Assembly (NCBI GenBank): GCA_963765555.1
Contig: CAVXWX010000007.1
Location: forward strand, 2,313-66,312
Length of the DNA: 64,000 nucleotides
Source: an uncultured Alphaproteobacteria bacterium
GTDB taxonomy: Bacteria; Pseudomonadota; Alphaproteobacteria; Rhodobacterales; Rhodobacteraceae
Direction: 5' to 3'
Part shown: positions 9,560 through 19,404 of the stretch, in pieces
Position numbering within the stretch: the stretch's first letter is position 1
How the letters are laid out: each line of letters starts with the position of its first letter
Notes under the pieces: generated by a model
What the model saw: only the letters and a program-made list of their open reading frames with translations
Told to the model about the DNA's origin: nothing
Database searches by the model: none
Position numbers and translations under genes: made by a program

Positions 9560-10537
9560 ATGAAACGTACATTTCTAGGGGCCATCGGTGCCTTGGGTCT
9601 TGGGTTGGCCGCGACAACAGCGTTGGCAGAATATCCCGAACGTCCGATCAATATGGTCATTCCTTATGGCGCAGGCGGCGCAACAGATATCTCCGCCCGC
9701 ACAATTGCGGAACCGTTGGGCAATGTCGTTGGTAAACCGCTGATTATGGCCAATGTTACCGGCGCAGGCGGTGCAACCGGGTCTGTTGCTGTGCAAAATG
9801 CCAAAGGCGACGGATACACAATGCTGTTCGCGCGTGTCGGATCCCATTCCGTTAACCCGGCGATGAAGGCAACCCTGCCCTACACGCTGGATGATTTCCG
9901 GTTTGTCACGGTTTATGAAATCAACCCTGTCGCATGTGCGGTTACACCGGCGTCGGGCATCAACTCGATGGATGATCTGATCGCCAAGGTGAACGAAGGC
10001 GGTGTAACCTACAGTTCGTCCGGCGTCGGGTCTCTCCTGCATCTTGCTGCCGTGATGGTGCTGAAGGAATTCGGCGTTGCCGATCCGCTCAATCAGGCCA
10101 CGCACATTCCGCAAAAGGGCGGCGGCGCGGCGGCAACGGCCGTATTGAATGGCACAGCGACGTTCTTGTGCACAAACTCTTCCGCGGTCGCGAGCTTTAT
10201 CGCCAACGGTCAGTTAAAGCCCATTCTGGTCACGACTCCGGAACCCGTTGTTGGCTTTGACGCGCCGACAGCGGCCGATCTGGGCAAACCCAGCCTGCAC
10301 CAACTGGTCGGTTGGACCGGTATTGCCGGCCCTGACGACCTGCCTGACGATGTGGCCGAAAAATGGGGCGCATGGATGGCCGAAGCGACGCAAGACGCAG
10401 ATTTTCTTGAAAAGATGACAGCCCGTGGTTCCGTGATCGATTTCATGGATCCTGTCGAAGCCAACGATTTCATCCAGACACAGTATGAAACATTCCGCGC
10501 CCTGGTTGACGAATTGGGCATGCGGATCGAAGGTTGA
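9560..10537 (+). CDS. tctC: Tripartite tricarboxylate transporter substrate-binding protein (TctC/Bug)
   Basis: Signal peptide, YPERPINMVIPYGAGGATDISAR, NVTGAGG; GGGAGG RBS upstream. Confidence 0.92.
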   Translation: MKRTFLGAIGALGLGLAATTALAEYPERPINMVIPYGAGGATDISARTIAEPLGNVVGKPLIMANVTGAGGATGSVAVQNAKGDGYTMLFARVGSHSVNPAMKATLPYTLDDFRFVTVYEINPVACAVTPASGINSMDDLIAKVNEGGVTYSSSGVGSLLHLAAVMVLKEFGVADPLNQATHIPQKGGGAAATAVLNGTATFLCTNSSAVASFIANGQLKPILVTTPEPVVGFDAPTAADLGKPSLHQLVGWTGIAGPDDLPDDVAEKWGAWMAEATQDADFLEKMTARGSVIDFMDPVEANDFIQTQYETFRALVDELGMRIEG

Positions 10538-10570
10538 TCATCGGTCTGAATGTATTGGCAAAGTGAAATC

Positions 10571-10599
10571 CGCCAGACCTGACCGGGTCTGGCGTTTTT
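10571..10599 (+). terminator. Intra-operon hairpin/terminator after tctC
   Basis: CGCCAGACC-TGACCG-GGTCTGGCG followed by TTTTT. Confidence 0.75.
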
Positions 10600-10617
10600 C
10601 ATCGGGGTGGAAAGAAG

Positions 10618-11109
10618 ATGAGCAACAAGACAATTCAGCTGCACCTTGGCATCGGGGCATGTATCGCCTGCATATTCCTGCTGGCAATTGCGATTCCGAC
10701 ATGGGTGTCTTCGCCTAGCAATGTCCGGTTTCTGATCATGTCACCCGTGTTCTGGCCTGCGACACTGGCCATCCTGACAGGAATAGTCGGACTGGGCTTG
10801 TTGCTGGACTGGCGCCGCGCCGCGCCCGAAGCGGATGAACCTGAAAACCTTGCTGACAGCCCCAAGGCCGCAAGACTGCGCCTGCTGGGAATGGCTGCAA
10901 TCATGCTGGTGACGATGTATGCCCTGCCTCGCGCGGGTATGGTCTGGACCTGTATGCTGGTGTTTGTTGCCAGTGCCTTTCTTGTCAAAACAAGACATCC
11001 GGTTGCAGCCATAGTGTGTGCTGTTGCCGTGCCGTTGGTTCTCTACGCCTTTTTTGCCCACGTTGCCGGGGTCGCGATCCCTCAAGGTAACTTTGTGAGA
11101 CTGCCATGA
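10618..11109 (+). CDS. tctB: TTT small membrane subunit TctB
   Basis: Four TM segments, SPVFWP motif, C-terminal GV.IPQG. Confidence 0.85.
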   Translation: MSNKTIQLHLGIGACIACIFLLAIAIPTWVSSPSNVRFLIMSPVFWPATLAILTGIVGLGLLLDWRRAAPEADEPENLADSPKAARLRLLGMAAIMLVTMYALPRAGMVWTCMLVFVASAFLVKTRHPVAAIVCAVAVPLVLYAFFAHVAGVAIPQGNFVRLP

Positions 11110-12599
11110 GCTTTACAGACAGCATCCTTGCCGGCCTGTCACTGGTTGGAAATTTCGAGTCTTTCTTTGCCCTGTTCTGCGGGATCGTGATCGGTGTGAT
11201 CGGCGGTGCTATACCAGGCATGTCGGCCACCATGGCCGTGGCCCTGACCTTGCCGTTCACATTCGCCATGCAGCCCATCACCGGAATCTTGCTTCTTTTA
11301 GGCGTGTACAAAGGCGGGATATTCGGCGGGTCGATACCGGCGATCCTGATCAAAACCCCCGGCACACCCGCTTCGTCCGCAACCATTCTAGATGGCTATC
11401 CAATGGCCGAAAAAGGCGAGGCCGGGCGCGCGCTGGGAATGGCGCTTTGGGCGTCTTGCACGGCAGATATCATCTCGAACCTTGCGCTGATCCTGTTTGC
11501 CGGATGGCTTGCGTCTTTCGCTCTTAGCTTTGGGCCGCCCGAATTTTTTGCGCTGATCCTGTTTTCCCTGACCATCATTGCCGGTGTTTCGGGCGACAGC
11601 CTGCTGCGCGGGGCCTTGTCTGCCCTGTTGGGATTGTTGCTGGCCACCATCGGTCTTGACCTGATCTATGGCACGAACCGGTTTACCTTTGGCAATCCGA
11701 ACATGATGGGTGGTTTGAATTTCATTGCCGTTCTGATCGGGCTGTTCGCCATTCCGGAAATCATCGCAATGGCGTGGAACCCGACAGCCCATGTCGGCAA
11801 GGCACGCAGTCTGGGTAAAAACTGGGTCAGCTTTGCCGATTACAGGCGCTGCTTCAAATCCATTGTGCGTGGCAGTATGATCGGCGTGTTTCTTGGCTCT
11901 ATTCCCGGAATTGGCGCAGCGCCATCGGCCTTTCTCAGCTATTCGGAAGCCCGCCGGAAATCACCCCATAAGGAAAATTTCGGCAAGGGCGAAATCGAAG
12001 GCGTTGCTGCATCAGAAGCGGGCAACAACGGTGTCGCGGGGGCCACGCTTATTCCGCTTCTGGCCCTTGGTGTGCCCGGTGATGTGATCACGGCAATTAT
12101 CATCGGCGCGTTCATGATCCACGGGCTGCAACCCGGCCCGATGATGTTTATCCTGAACGTGGATATCATTTACGGGCTGTTCATCGGGTTGATCGTCAGT
12201 TCCGTATTCTTGTTTTTCGTCGGTTCCGTTGCAATTCGCGGGTTCAAATACGTGGCGGACGTGCCCAAACGCATCCTGATCCCCGCCGTTCTGGTTCTGT
12301 GCATTTATGGTGTGTTCGCCGTGAACAACAACCTGTTTGACGTCGGCGTTATGTTCGCGATGGGTTGGGTCGGGTTCACGATGATGCGGTATCGCGTACC
12401 CGCAGCCCCGTTCCTGATTGCGTTTATTCTGGGTCCGCTTCTAGAGGATAATTTCCGACAATCCATGCTGATGTCGGGCAGCAATCCTTCCATTTTGTTT
12501 CGCGGTCCGATCACTTGGTTTTTCTGGCTGCTGACAATTGTCACTGTGATCGCAATTTCCCGAACAACCCTGAAGAACCGTGCCGCGCTGCGGTCTTGA
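11106..12599 (+). CDS. tctA: TTT large permease TctA
   Basis: GAIPGMSAT, IPAILIKTPGTP, EAGNNG, LALGVPG, HGLQPGP. Confidence 0.93.
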   Translation: MSFTDSILAGLSLVGNFESFFALFCGIVIGVIGGAIPGMSATMAVALTLPFTFAMQPITGILLLLGVYKGGIFGGSIPAILIKTPGTPASSATILDGYPMAEKGEAGRALGMALWASCTADIISNLALILFAGWLASFALSFGPPEFFALILFSLTIIAGVSGDSLLRGALSALLGLLLATIGLDLIYGTNRFTFGNPNMMGGLNFIAVLIGLFAIPEIIAMAWNPTAHVGKARSLGKNWVSFADYRRCFKSIVRGSMIGVFLGSIPGIGAAPSAFLSYSEARRKSPHKENFGKGEIEGVAASEAGNNGVAGATLIPLLALGVPGDVITAIIIGAFMIHGLQPGPMMFILNVDIIYGLFIGLIVSSVFLFFVGSVAIRGFKYVADVPKRILIPAVLVLCIYGVFAVNNNLFDVGVMFAMGWVGFTMMRYRVPAAPFLIAFILGPLLEDNFRQSMLMSGSNPSILFRGPITWFFWLLTIVTVIAISRTTLKNRAALRS

Positions 12600-12612
12600 T
12601 GAGTTAGGGTTT

Positions 12613-13371
12613 TCAGCCGAAAACCGAGCGTCGGATCAGGTTCAGACCCATAAGAAAGAACACAGCTAATAGGATGCGCCGCAGCGTTACCTCGTCCGCA
12701 CGGCCACGAAACCGTTCGCCAATCACAAAACCGGCAAACGTTGGCACCAGCAAGGCCACCGACGCCCCGAAAGTTTGTATATCCACCAGCCCCTGCGCAA
12801 AGTAACCTGCAGCCAGAGGAACACTGCCAATAAAGATCAGCAAACCGCTGGCGCGTACAAATTCCGCCATCGGCACTTTGCGCGCGGTCAGGTAGATCAC
12901 CATCGGGGGGGCCCATACCGAAGTAAGACCGCCGAGAACACCTGCAATTGCGCCCAGAATGTACTGCATCGGGCGGGCAAGATGGTCGGGTATGTAAGGC
13001 GCCCAAGCCGTGACATTGATCAGCACAAACACCACAATTGCTCCGCCCAGCACACCAAACAATATCCGGTCGGACACATCATAGGTCAGATAGATCGTGA
13101 CCCAGACCCCGATCACCAGTGCCACGGCAAACGGCAGGTACCGCAGCGCCGTTTGTTTGGCCTGACCGGCCCGGTGCACCTGCCATGCATTCGACACCAG
13201 CATCGGAACAAGCAGATAGGCAATCGCGACCCGCGGCGCCATCACGATGGTCATGATCCCCAATGCCGTTGTGGGCAATCCGATGCCAATCGTGCCTTTC
13301 ACAATGCCCGCCACAAGCAACGCAAGGGCAGGCACAAGCAGATCAAGCAGTGAACCAGACAGGATATCCAT
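12613..13371 (-). CDS. TauE/SafE (TSUP) family exporter
   Basis: AGIVKGTIGIGLP and AGVLGGLT repeats, multi-TM. Confidence 0.85.
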   Translation of the reverse strand: MDILSGSLLDLLVPALALLVAGIVKGTIGIGLPTTALGIMTIVMAPRVAIAYLLVPMLVSNAWQVHRAGQAKQTALRYLPFAVALVIGVWVTIYLTYDVSDRILFGVLGGAIVVFVLINVTAWAPYIPDHLARPMQYILGAIAGVLGGLTSVWAPPMVIYLTARKVPMAEFVRASGLLIFIGSVPLAAGYFAQGLVDIQTFGASVALLVPTFAGFVIGERFRGRADEVTLRRILLAVFFLMGLNLIRRSVFG

Positions 13372-13582
13372 ATCCCTCCCCTATCCCGCAGAACGCAGGA
13401 CTTTACCAGTGCAACAAAACCAGGCGCTGCGCGACGCTTCTGAAAAACCCCGGGCGATGTGCTGCAAAATCCACGATGTGTCGTTATTGACCCATCTTGA
13501 CGGTGACAGGATTGCACGCTTTGAGTGTCGCTTTGTATTGCGGATCGAACCGAGACCTGACCAAGAAACCCAGAGGGCGAAA

Positions 13583-15199
13583 TTGACCGAATTTGACTAT
13601 GTGATTGTAGGTGCGGGATCCGCTGGATCAGCCTTGGCCAACAGGCTGACCGAAGACGGAAAATCCACCGTCGTGCTTTTGGAAGCCGGCGATTGGGACA
13701 CATCGATCTGGACGCGCCTGCCGATCGGATACGGCAAGGTATTTTATGACGCGCGCGTCAATTGGAAATACCAAAGCGAAGCCGATCCAAACCGCAATGA
13801 CCAAAAAATGTACCTGCCACGTGGCAAGGTTCTTGGCGGCTCAAGCTCGATCAATGCGATGGTCTATGTGCGCGGTCACAAATCGGATTACGAAGACTGG
13901 AACAAAACAGCCCCCGGCTGGGGATGGGCCGACGTTGCCCCGGTATTCCGGCGTATGGAAGACTGGTCGGGCGGTTCGGACAATGTGCGCGGCACAGGCG
14001 GCCCTTTGTCCGTATACGACATGTCAAAAGAAGCACATCCGCTGACCAACACCTACCTGACAGCCGCAAGCCAGGCCGGTTTTCCACTGAACCCCGATTA
14101 CAATGGCCCCGACATGGAAGGCGCGGCATGTTACCAGATCACGACGAAGAACGGGGTGCGGGCCTCTGCGGCGCGCAGCTATCTGTGGCCCGCGCGCAAA
14201 CGACCCAATCTTGATATTAGAACACGATGCCTTGCGCGGCGTGTTCTGATCGAAAACAAACGCGCCGTCGGCATCGAATACGAAAGAAAAGGGCAGATCG
14301 AAACCCTGCGCGCCCGTCGCGAAGTGATCTTGTGCGGTGGGGCAATCAATTCGCCTCAGTTGTTGCAACTGTCGGGGATCGGCCCTGAAAAGGTGCTGCG
14401 TGAACAAGGCATTGCGATTGTCCACGCCGCGGAACAGGTGGGCCGCAATTTGCAAGATCATCTGGGCGGCGACAATCATTACCGCGCAAAAGTTCCCAGT
14501 CTGAACCAGCAATTGGGTCCGATACTCGGAAAGATGCGCGTCGGGCTGGAATACATTCTGCGCCGCAAGGGCCCCCTGTCGCTTAGCCTTAATCAGGGCG
14601 GCGGGTTCGTGCGGGTGATGGAGGGCGCCGACCGCCCCGACCTGCAACTGTATTTTTCGCCTGTCAGTTATACCCGCGCGCCGGTGGGCACACGCCCCCT
14701 GATGGCGCCGGACCCGTTTCCGGGATTCCTGCTGGGTTTTAATCCGTGCAAACCGACCAGCGCCGGCTATCTGCAAATCCGGTCGCCTGATCCGAACGTG
14801 GCACCGGAAATTCACTGCAACTATCTGGACACGCAATATGATCGCGATGTGATGGTCGCAGGCCACCGCCTGATGCGCCAGATTGCGGACACCCCCGCGA
14901 TGAAGGCCGTGATCGAGGAAGAAATCTCTCCGGGGCCGAATATCGCGTCAGACGAAGAATTGCTGGCATTTGTACGGGAAAAATCGTGGACAGTGTTCCA
15001 CCAGTGCAGCACGTGCAGAATGGGCACCGATCCGGCCGCATCGGTGGTGGACGAACGCCTGCGTGTGCATGGACTTGACGGACTAAGGGTTGCAGATGCC
15101 TCGATTTTCCCGACAATTCCGACAGGCAACACAAACGCTCCCGCAATCATGGTTGGCGAAAAAGCCGCCGACCTGATCCAAGCCGACGCACAGTCCTGA
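13583..15199 (+). CDS. GMC-family oxidoreductase (choline dehydrogenase-like)
   Basis: IVGAGSAG, RGKVLGGSSSIN, GAINSPQLL, GNTNAP; TTG start at 13583 after GAGGG. Confidence 0.9.
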   Translation: MTEFDYVIVGAGSAGSALANRLTEDGKSTVVLLEAGDWDTSIWTRLPIGYGKVFYDARVNWKYQSEADPNRNDQKMYLPRGKVLGGSSSINAMVYVRGHKSDYEDWNKTAPGWGWADVAPVFRRMEDWSGGSDNVRGTGGPLSVYDMSKEAHPLTNTYLTAASQAGFPLNPDYNGPDMEGAACYQITTKNGVRASAARSYLWPARKRPNLDIRTRCLARRVLIENKRAVGIEYERKGQIETLRARREVILCGGAINSPQLLQLSGIGPEKVLREQGIAIVHAAEQVGRNLQDHLGGDNHYRAKVPSLNQQLGPILGKMRVGLEYILRRKGPLSLSLNQGGGFVRVMEGADRPDLQLYFSPVSYTRAPVGTRPLMAPDPFPGFLLGFNPCKPTSAGYLQIRSPDPNVAPEIHCNYLDTQYDRDVMVAGHRLMRQIADTPAMKAVIEEEISPGPNIASDEELLAFVREKSWTVFHQCSTCRMGTDPAASVVDERLRVHGLDGLRVADASIFPTIPTGNTNAPAIMVGEKAADLIQADAQS

Positions 15200-15210
15200 A
15201 GGGAAACAGA

Positions 15211-16314
15211 ATGAAGATCAAATCAATAGAAACCTTCAGCAACGAATTTGTCGGATTTGTGCGCGTCACAGCCGAAGATGGCGCGCAAGGCTGGGGGCAG
15301 GTTTCAACCTATCATTCCGATATCACAGCGCAGGTTTTGCACCGGCAGGTCGCGCCGTGGACCCTTGGGCAGGACACGACCGACCTGGACGATTTGCTGG
15401 ATATCGTGGCCGAGCGAGAGCACAAATTTCCCGGATCCTACCTGCGCCGGGCCATGGCAGGGCTGGATACAGCGATCTGGGATATGCGTGGCAAACAACA
15501 GGGCAAAAGTGTTGCGGAACTGCTGGGCGGTACACCGGGAACCATCCGCGCCTATGCATCATCCATGAAACGCGACATCACCCCGAAAGATGAAGCCGAG
15601 CGGATGAAGAAACTGCGCGATACCTATGGTTTTGATGCATTCAAAATGCGGGCCGGCGCAGAAGTGGGCCGCAACCGCGATGAATGGCCGGGCCGCACGG
15701 AAGAGATTATTCCAACCATGCGCCGCGAAATGGGCGACGATGTCGCTCTGTTGATCGATGCCAACAGCTGCTATTCTCCCAACCGCGCCATCGAAGTCGG
15801 GCATATGTTACAGGATCATGGGTTTTCGCATTTCGAAGAACCCTGCCCCTATTGGGAACTGGAACAGACCAAACAGGTCACCGATGCGCTGGATATTGAT
15901 GTGACAGGCGGCGAACAGGATTGCGACCTTCCCACATGGCGCCGGATGATCGACATGCGCGCGGTAGACATTGTTCAGCCCGACATTTTGTATCTGGGCG
16001 GAATGTGCCGGACCATGCGGGTTGTGCGCATGGCAGAGGCGGCGGGTCTGCCCGTCACCCCCCATTGCGCCAATATGTCATTGGTCACGTTGTTCACCAT
16101 GCATCTTTTGCGCGCCATCCCGAACGGTGGAAAATACCTCGAATTCTCGATCGAAGGATCCGATTACTATCCGTGGCAGGACGGGCTGTTTGTGACCTCG
16201 CCTTATGAAATCAAAGACGGGCACGCGACCGTCACGGATGCGCCAGGTTGGGGGGTGGAAATCGCACCCGAATGGCTGGCGCGCTCACAATACCAGATCA
16301 GCGAACTTGACTGA
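15211..16314 (+). CDS. Mandelate racemase/muconate lactonizing enzyme family protein
   Basis: GWGQ, FKMR (KxR), DANS, FEEP, GGEQD, QPD, PHC, PGWGVE. Confidence 0.9.
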   Translation: MKIKSIETFSNEFVGFVRVTAEDGAQGWGQVSTYHSDITAQVLHRQVAPWTLGQDTTDLDDLLDIVAEREHKFPGSYLRRAMAGLDTAIWDMRGKQQGKSVAELLGGTPGTIRAYASSMKRDITPKDEAERMKKLRDTYGFDAFKMRAGAEVGRNRDEWPGRTEEIIPTMRREMGDDVALLIDANSCYSPNRAIEVGHMLQDHGFSHFEEPCPYWELEQTKQVTDALDIDVTGGEQDCDLPTWRRMIDMRAVDIVQPDILYLGGMCRTMRVVRMAEAAGLPVTPHCANMSLVTLFTMHLLRAIPNGGKYLEFSIEGSDYYPWQDGLFVTSPYEIKDGHATVTDAPGWGVEIAPEWLARSQYQISELD

Positions 16315-17056
16315 CAATTGCTTCTGACCGCTGCAGATGCGCCTTGTTTTGGCGCTCTGTGATTGTGGTGCTGATACGGTCTGCCCACGCAGCATAGACC
16401 TGCGCACCGGGATGAAAGCCGTCAACCGCCATTGCGCTTTGATCCAGAGGCAGATCAAGCGCGACATAAGAACAGTCAGACTGCGTCGCTACAAAACGGC
16501 GCAACCCCTGATCCAGCCGGACCGAATGGCGCCCGAGAACCCAACGCAGCGGGTTTGGCAGCAATGGAAACCCACCCATCGGCGGCACACCGGAAAAACA
16601 AATATGCTGCGCGCCAAACTGAACCCGAAGCAGGTTTGTCAGCCGTTCAACCTGCTTGCGCCAAAGAACCAAAGGCAGAAAGCGGGTCACATCATTCACG
16701 CCCAGCGCCACGACGATCACGTTGTAGGATGGGTCGTTCTGGTTTTGCAGGTGGCGAATTGTATCCAGCGTCGTTACCCCGGTTTTCGCGACCAGACGCC
16801 AGTCAACGCAATACGTACCGGCCAATCGCAATGTCACCTGACCCGAAAGCGCCTCTTGTTGCGTTTCCACGCCAACCCCGGCGGCAGAGGAATCCCCGAC
16901 AATCAGCAACTTAAGTGCAGGGCCATCACCCAAAACACCGGTACGCATCCCACGGGGTTCAGGCAGTTTCATTGCTTTCTTCCGCACGAAAACGGCCTGG
17001 GCGATCAACAAAGGCGACAACACAATACGCGCGACTACATCCAACGCCATAATCAC
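16298..17056 (-). CDS. SGNH/GDSL hydrolase
   Basis: GDSS, GVND and DGFHP blocks. Confidence 0.88.
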   Translation of the reverse strand: MIMALDVVARIVLSPLLIAQAVFVRKKAMKLPEPRGMRTGVLGDGPALKLLIVGDSSAAGVGVETQQEALSGQVTLRLAGTYCVDWRLVAKTGVTTLDTIRHLQNQNDPSYNVIVVALGVNDVTRFLPLVLWRKQVERLTNLLRVQFGAQHICFSGVPPMGGFPLLPNPLRWVLGRHSVRLDQGLRRFVATQSDCSYVALDLPLDQSAMAVDGFHPGAQVYAAWADRISTTITERQNKAHLQRSEAIVSQVR

Positions 17057-17081
17057 CCGTCTTTCAAATGCGTTGATCGGT

Positions 17082-17873
17082 TCATCTCAGAATGGGCGGC
17101 TTATCCGGATCAGACCCCGGTGCTTGCCTGTGCTCTTGACTGCCGGTCGTTGCAACCGGCAAATCAAAGCGCAATCCATACCGCGCCATATGCGCCGCAG
17201 CCGGATCACTGGCCACAAAAAACCCGACATCGATTGCGCCAGCTTCGATCCCGGAAAAGGTCAACGCTTCGTTGGTTGCTTTGGCCAATGCGGCCTTTGC
17301 GCCGTCCAGCGCATCGACAAACCCCAACAGATGCCCCTGCCCGCCATCTTCATAGGATACAGAAACCAGATAGGCGCTGGCCGCTAGCCCGCGCGCCGTT
17401 GCCAATTTGGTATCCAGCGCCGAAATCAGAACATCCGGCAAGCCGGTCGGGGCAGAATACCCGGATATCCGCGCTTCGATTTCCTGTGGCGCCTGACCAA
17501 GGGTCTGGTGCAACCAAAGCACGGCGGCAGGCGGGATCAGGATCGACGAAGAGGCCACATCAAGATTCAAGCCCAAGCCCATTTGCGCGGATGCCAGCAT
17601 GTCGGCAACGCCCCGCCCTGACAGGGCCGCATAAGGTGCCGCCTGCCCGACAAACGCGCTTAGTCGCGCCTCACGATCAAAAACAAGCACATATTGGCTG
17701 CCGTCCACATCGAACAACTCAGGTTCTATGGCATCCCCGTCTGCTTCTGATTTCAGCAGCACAAACAGTTCGGCATCTGCCAAGCGTTCGAAAAAGCGCA
17801 ACCGCGGGGCGGAATCGTCTTGGGCGGCGTCCATCGCTGCATGGGCAAGATCAAGCGGCGTTGTTTCAGTCAT
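17082..17873 (-). CDS. SseB-family protein
   Basis: FFERLADAELFVLL, VFDRE.RL, LGLNL pattern typical of Rhodobacteraceae SseB proteins. Confidence 0.7.
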   Translation of the reverse strand: MTETTPLDLAHAAMDAAQDDSAPRLRFFERLADAELFVLLKSEADGDAIEPELFDVDGSQYVLVFDREARLSAFVGQAAPYAALSGRGVADMLASAQMGLGLNLDVASSSILIPPAAVLWLHQTLGQAPQEIEARISGYSAPTGLPDVLISALDTKLATARGLAASAYLVSVSYEDGGQGHLLGFVDALDGAKAALAKATNEALTFSGIEAGAIDVGFFVASDPAAAHMARYGLRFDLPVATTGSQEHRQAPGSDPDKPPILR

Positions 17874-18495
17874 GCAGAACCTCTTTTACGCGGGCTTGGA
17901 GCGCCGGCAAAACATCCGCTTCAAACCACGGATTCTTTCTGATCCACGCGGTATTGCGCCACGACGGATGAGGCAAGGCAAAGATACGTGGCGCATGGGT
18001 CTGCCATGATTGTACGGTCTGGGTAACGGTCGATTTTGCCCCAAGATGCCAGCGATGCGCCGCCGCCCCGACGAGAACTGTCAGCTTAATGGCAGGCAGC
18101 GCGTTCATCACACGGCTGTGCCACGTTTGTGCGCAAACGCTTGGTGGCGGCAGATCATGTCCATTTGCGTCGTACCCCGGAAAGCAAAATGCCATCGGCA
18201 CGATGGCAATGCGTGATCTATCGTAAAACCTCGGCTCGTCCAGACCGAGCCATGTGCGCAATCGATCGCCGGACGGGTCGGTAAAAGGACGCCCCGATTG
18301 GTGGACCTTGGCCCCCGGTGCCTGACCTGCGATCAGTATTTCAGCCCCCGGATCGAACCAGGGAACGGGACGTGGCTGATGTGCTGTGGCCGTACCGGCG
18401 AACCTGTCCTCACAGATGCGACACGCGCGGATTTCTTCGACCAAGTCAGGCATGCGGTGTAGATATCGCAAGCTGAACCCCCCAAGCAATGCCAT
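17866..18495 (-). CDS. Uracil-DNA glycosylase family protein (true start may be slightly downstream)
   Basis: GQAPG, PFTDPSG.RLR.W, FCFPG, LPHPSWRN. Confidence 0.88.
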   Translation of the reverse strand: MALLGGFSLRYLHRMPDLVEEIRACRICEDRFAGTATAHQPRPVPWFDPGAEILIAGQAPGAKVHQSGRPFTDPSGDRLRTWLGLDEPRFYDRSRIAIVPMAFCFPGYDANGHDLPPPSVCAQTWHSRVMNALPAIKLTVLVGAAAHRWHLGAKSTVTQTVQSWQTHAPRIFALPHPSWRNTAWIRKNPWFEADVLPALQARVKEVLHD

Positions 18496-18744
18496 AGTGC
18501 TGGCGTTGAACGCGCAACGACATGTCGACCGCGATTATTGGACAAAAGGAAACCATAGCGCCCGAAACGGCACAATTTTGCCAATTCAGTTCTGTTTTAC
18601 GCCCCGAATGACAGCATTGGCATTGTACTTCTCTGCCGGGATTCGACATAATGCCGTCAAAATCGTCCAATAAGACGTTAATAAACCTCTGTTAGAGAGG
18701 ATGGCACGGAACCACGGGCCGACACGGGCAGCGCCGGAGCATTG

Positions 18745-19404
18745 ATGCTTGAGTTTGAAAATGTCAGCAAGTCCTTTTGGACGGGCACACAGCGCAAGGT
18801 CATCCTTGATCGCGTGTCCTTTCGCGTGGAACTGGGCAATTCTCTGGGCATTCTGGCCCCAAACGGCACCGGCAAGACGACCCTGATCAACATGATGGCC
18901 GGGCTTGAAAAACCTGACGAGGGCGAAATCCGCCGGTCTTGCAAGATTTCTTTCCCTTTGGGCTTCATGGGCGGAGTGATCAGCAAGGTCTCGGCCGTGG
19001 AAAACAGCCGTTATATTGCACGGATGTACGGGCTTGATCCCGATTACGTCGAAAGTTTTTGCCGCTGGCTGTGCAATCTGGATGAATATTTCGAACAACC
19101 GCTTGGCACCTATTCGGCGGGCATGCGCGCACGGTTCTGTTTTGCGCTGATGTTGGCACTGGATTTTGATATCTACCTGATTGACGAAGGTATGCCGTCC
19201 ACGACCGATGTGGAATTCAATCGCAAGGCCGGTGAAATTTTGCAGGAACGCCTGCGCACAACGACCATTGTAATCGTGTCTCATCAGGCCGAGACGCTTG
19301 AAAAATTCGCACGATCTGCAGCTGTTCTGGTGGATGGGCAGCTTAAAATTTTTGACACGCTCGAAGAGGCGAAACAGCTTTATGACTACCAAACCCAAAG
19401 CTAG
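18745..19404 (+). CDS. Capsular polysaccharide ABC exporter ATP-binding protein (KpsT-like)
   Basis: APNGTGKT, YSAGMRAR, YLIDE, VSH. Confidence 0.88.
   Translation: MLEFENVSKSFWTGTQRKVILDRVSFRVELGNSLGILAPNGTGKTTLINMMAGLEKPDEGEIRRSCKISFPLGFMGGVISKVSAVENSRYIARMYGLDPDYVESFCRWLCNLDEYFEQPLGTYSAGMRARFCFALMLALDFDIYLIDEGMPSTTDVEFNRKAGEILQERLRTTTIVIVSHQAETLEKFARSAAVLVDGQLKIFDTLEEAKQLYDYQTQS

Noticed and set aside
13247-13582. 112-aa N-terminal extension of the GMC ORF
   Set aside because: It overlaps the divergent TauE gene; the family fold begins at FDYVIVGAG with a TTG start and RBS at 13583
16337-17971. 544-aa plus-strand ORF
   Set aside because: Antisense shadow of the SGNH and SseB genes with no recognisable motifs; the same applies to other long antisense ORFs such as 762-1937, 36995-38164 and 51993-52994
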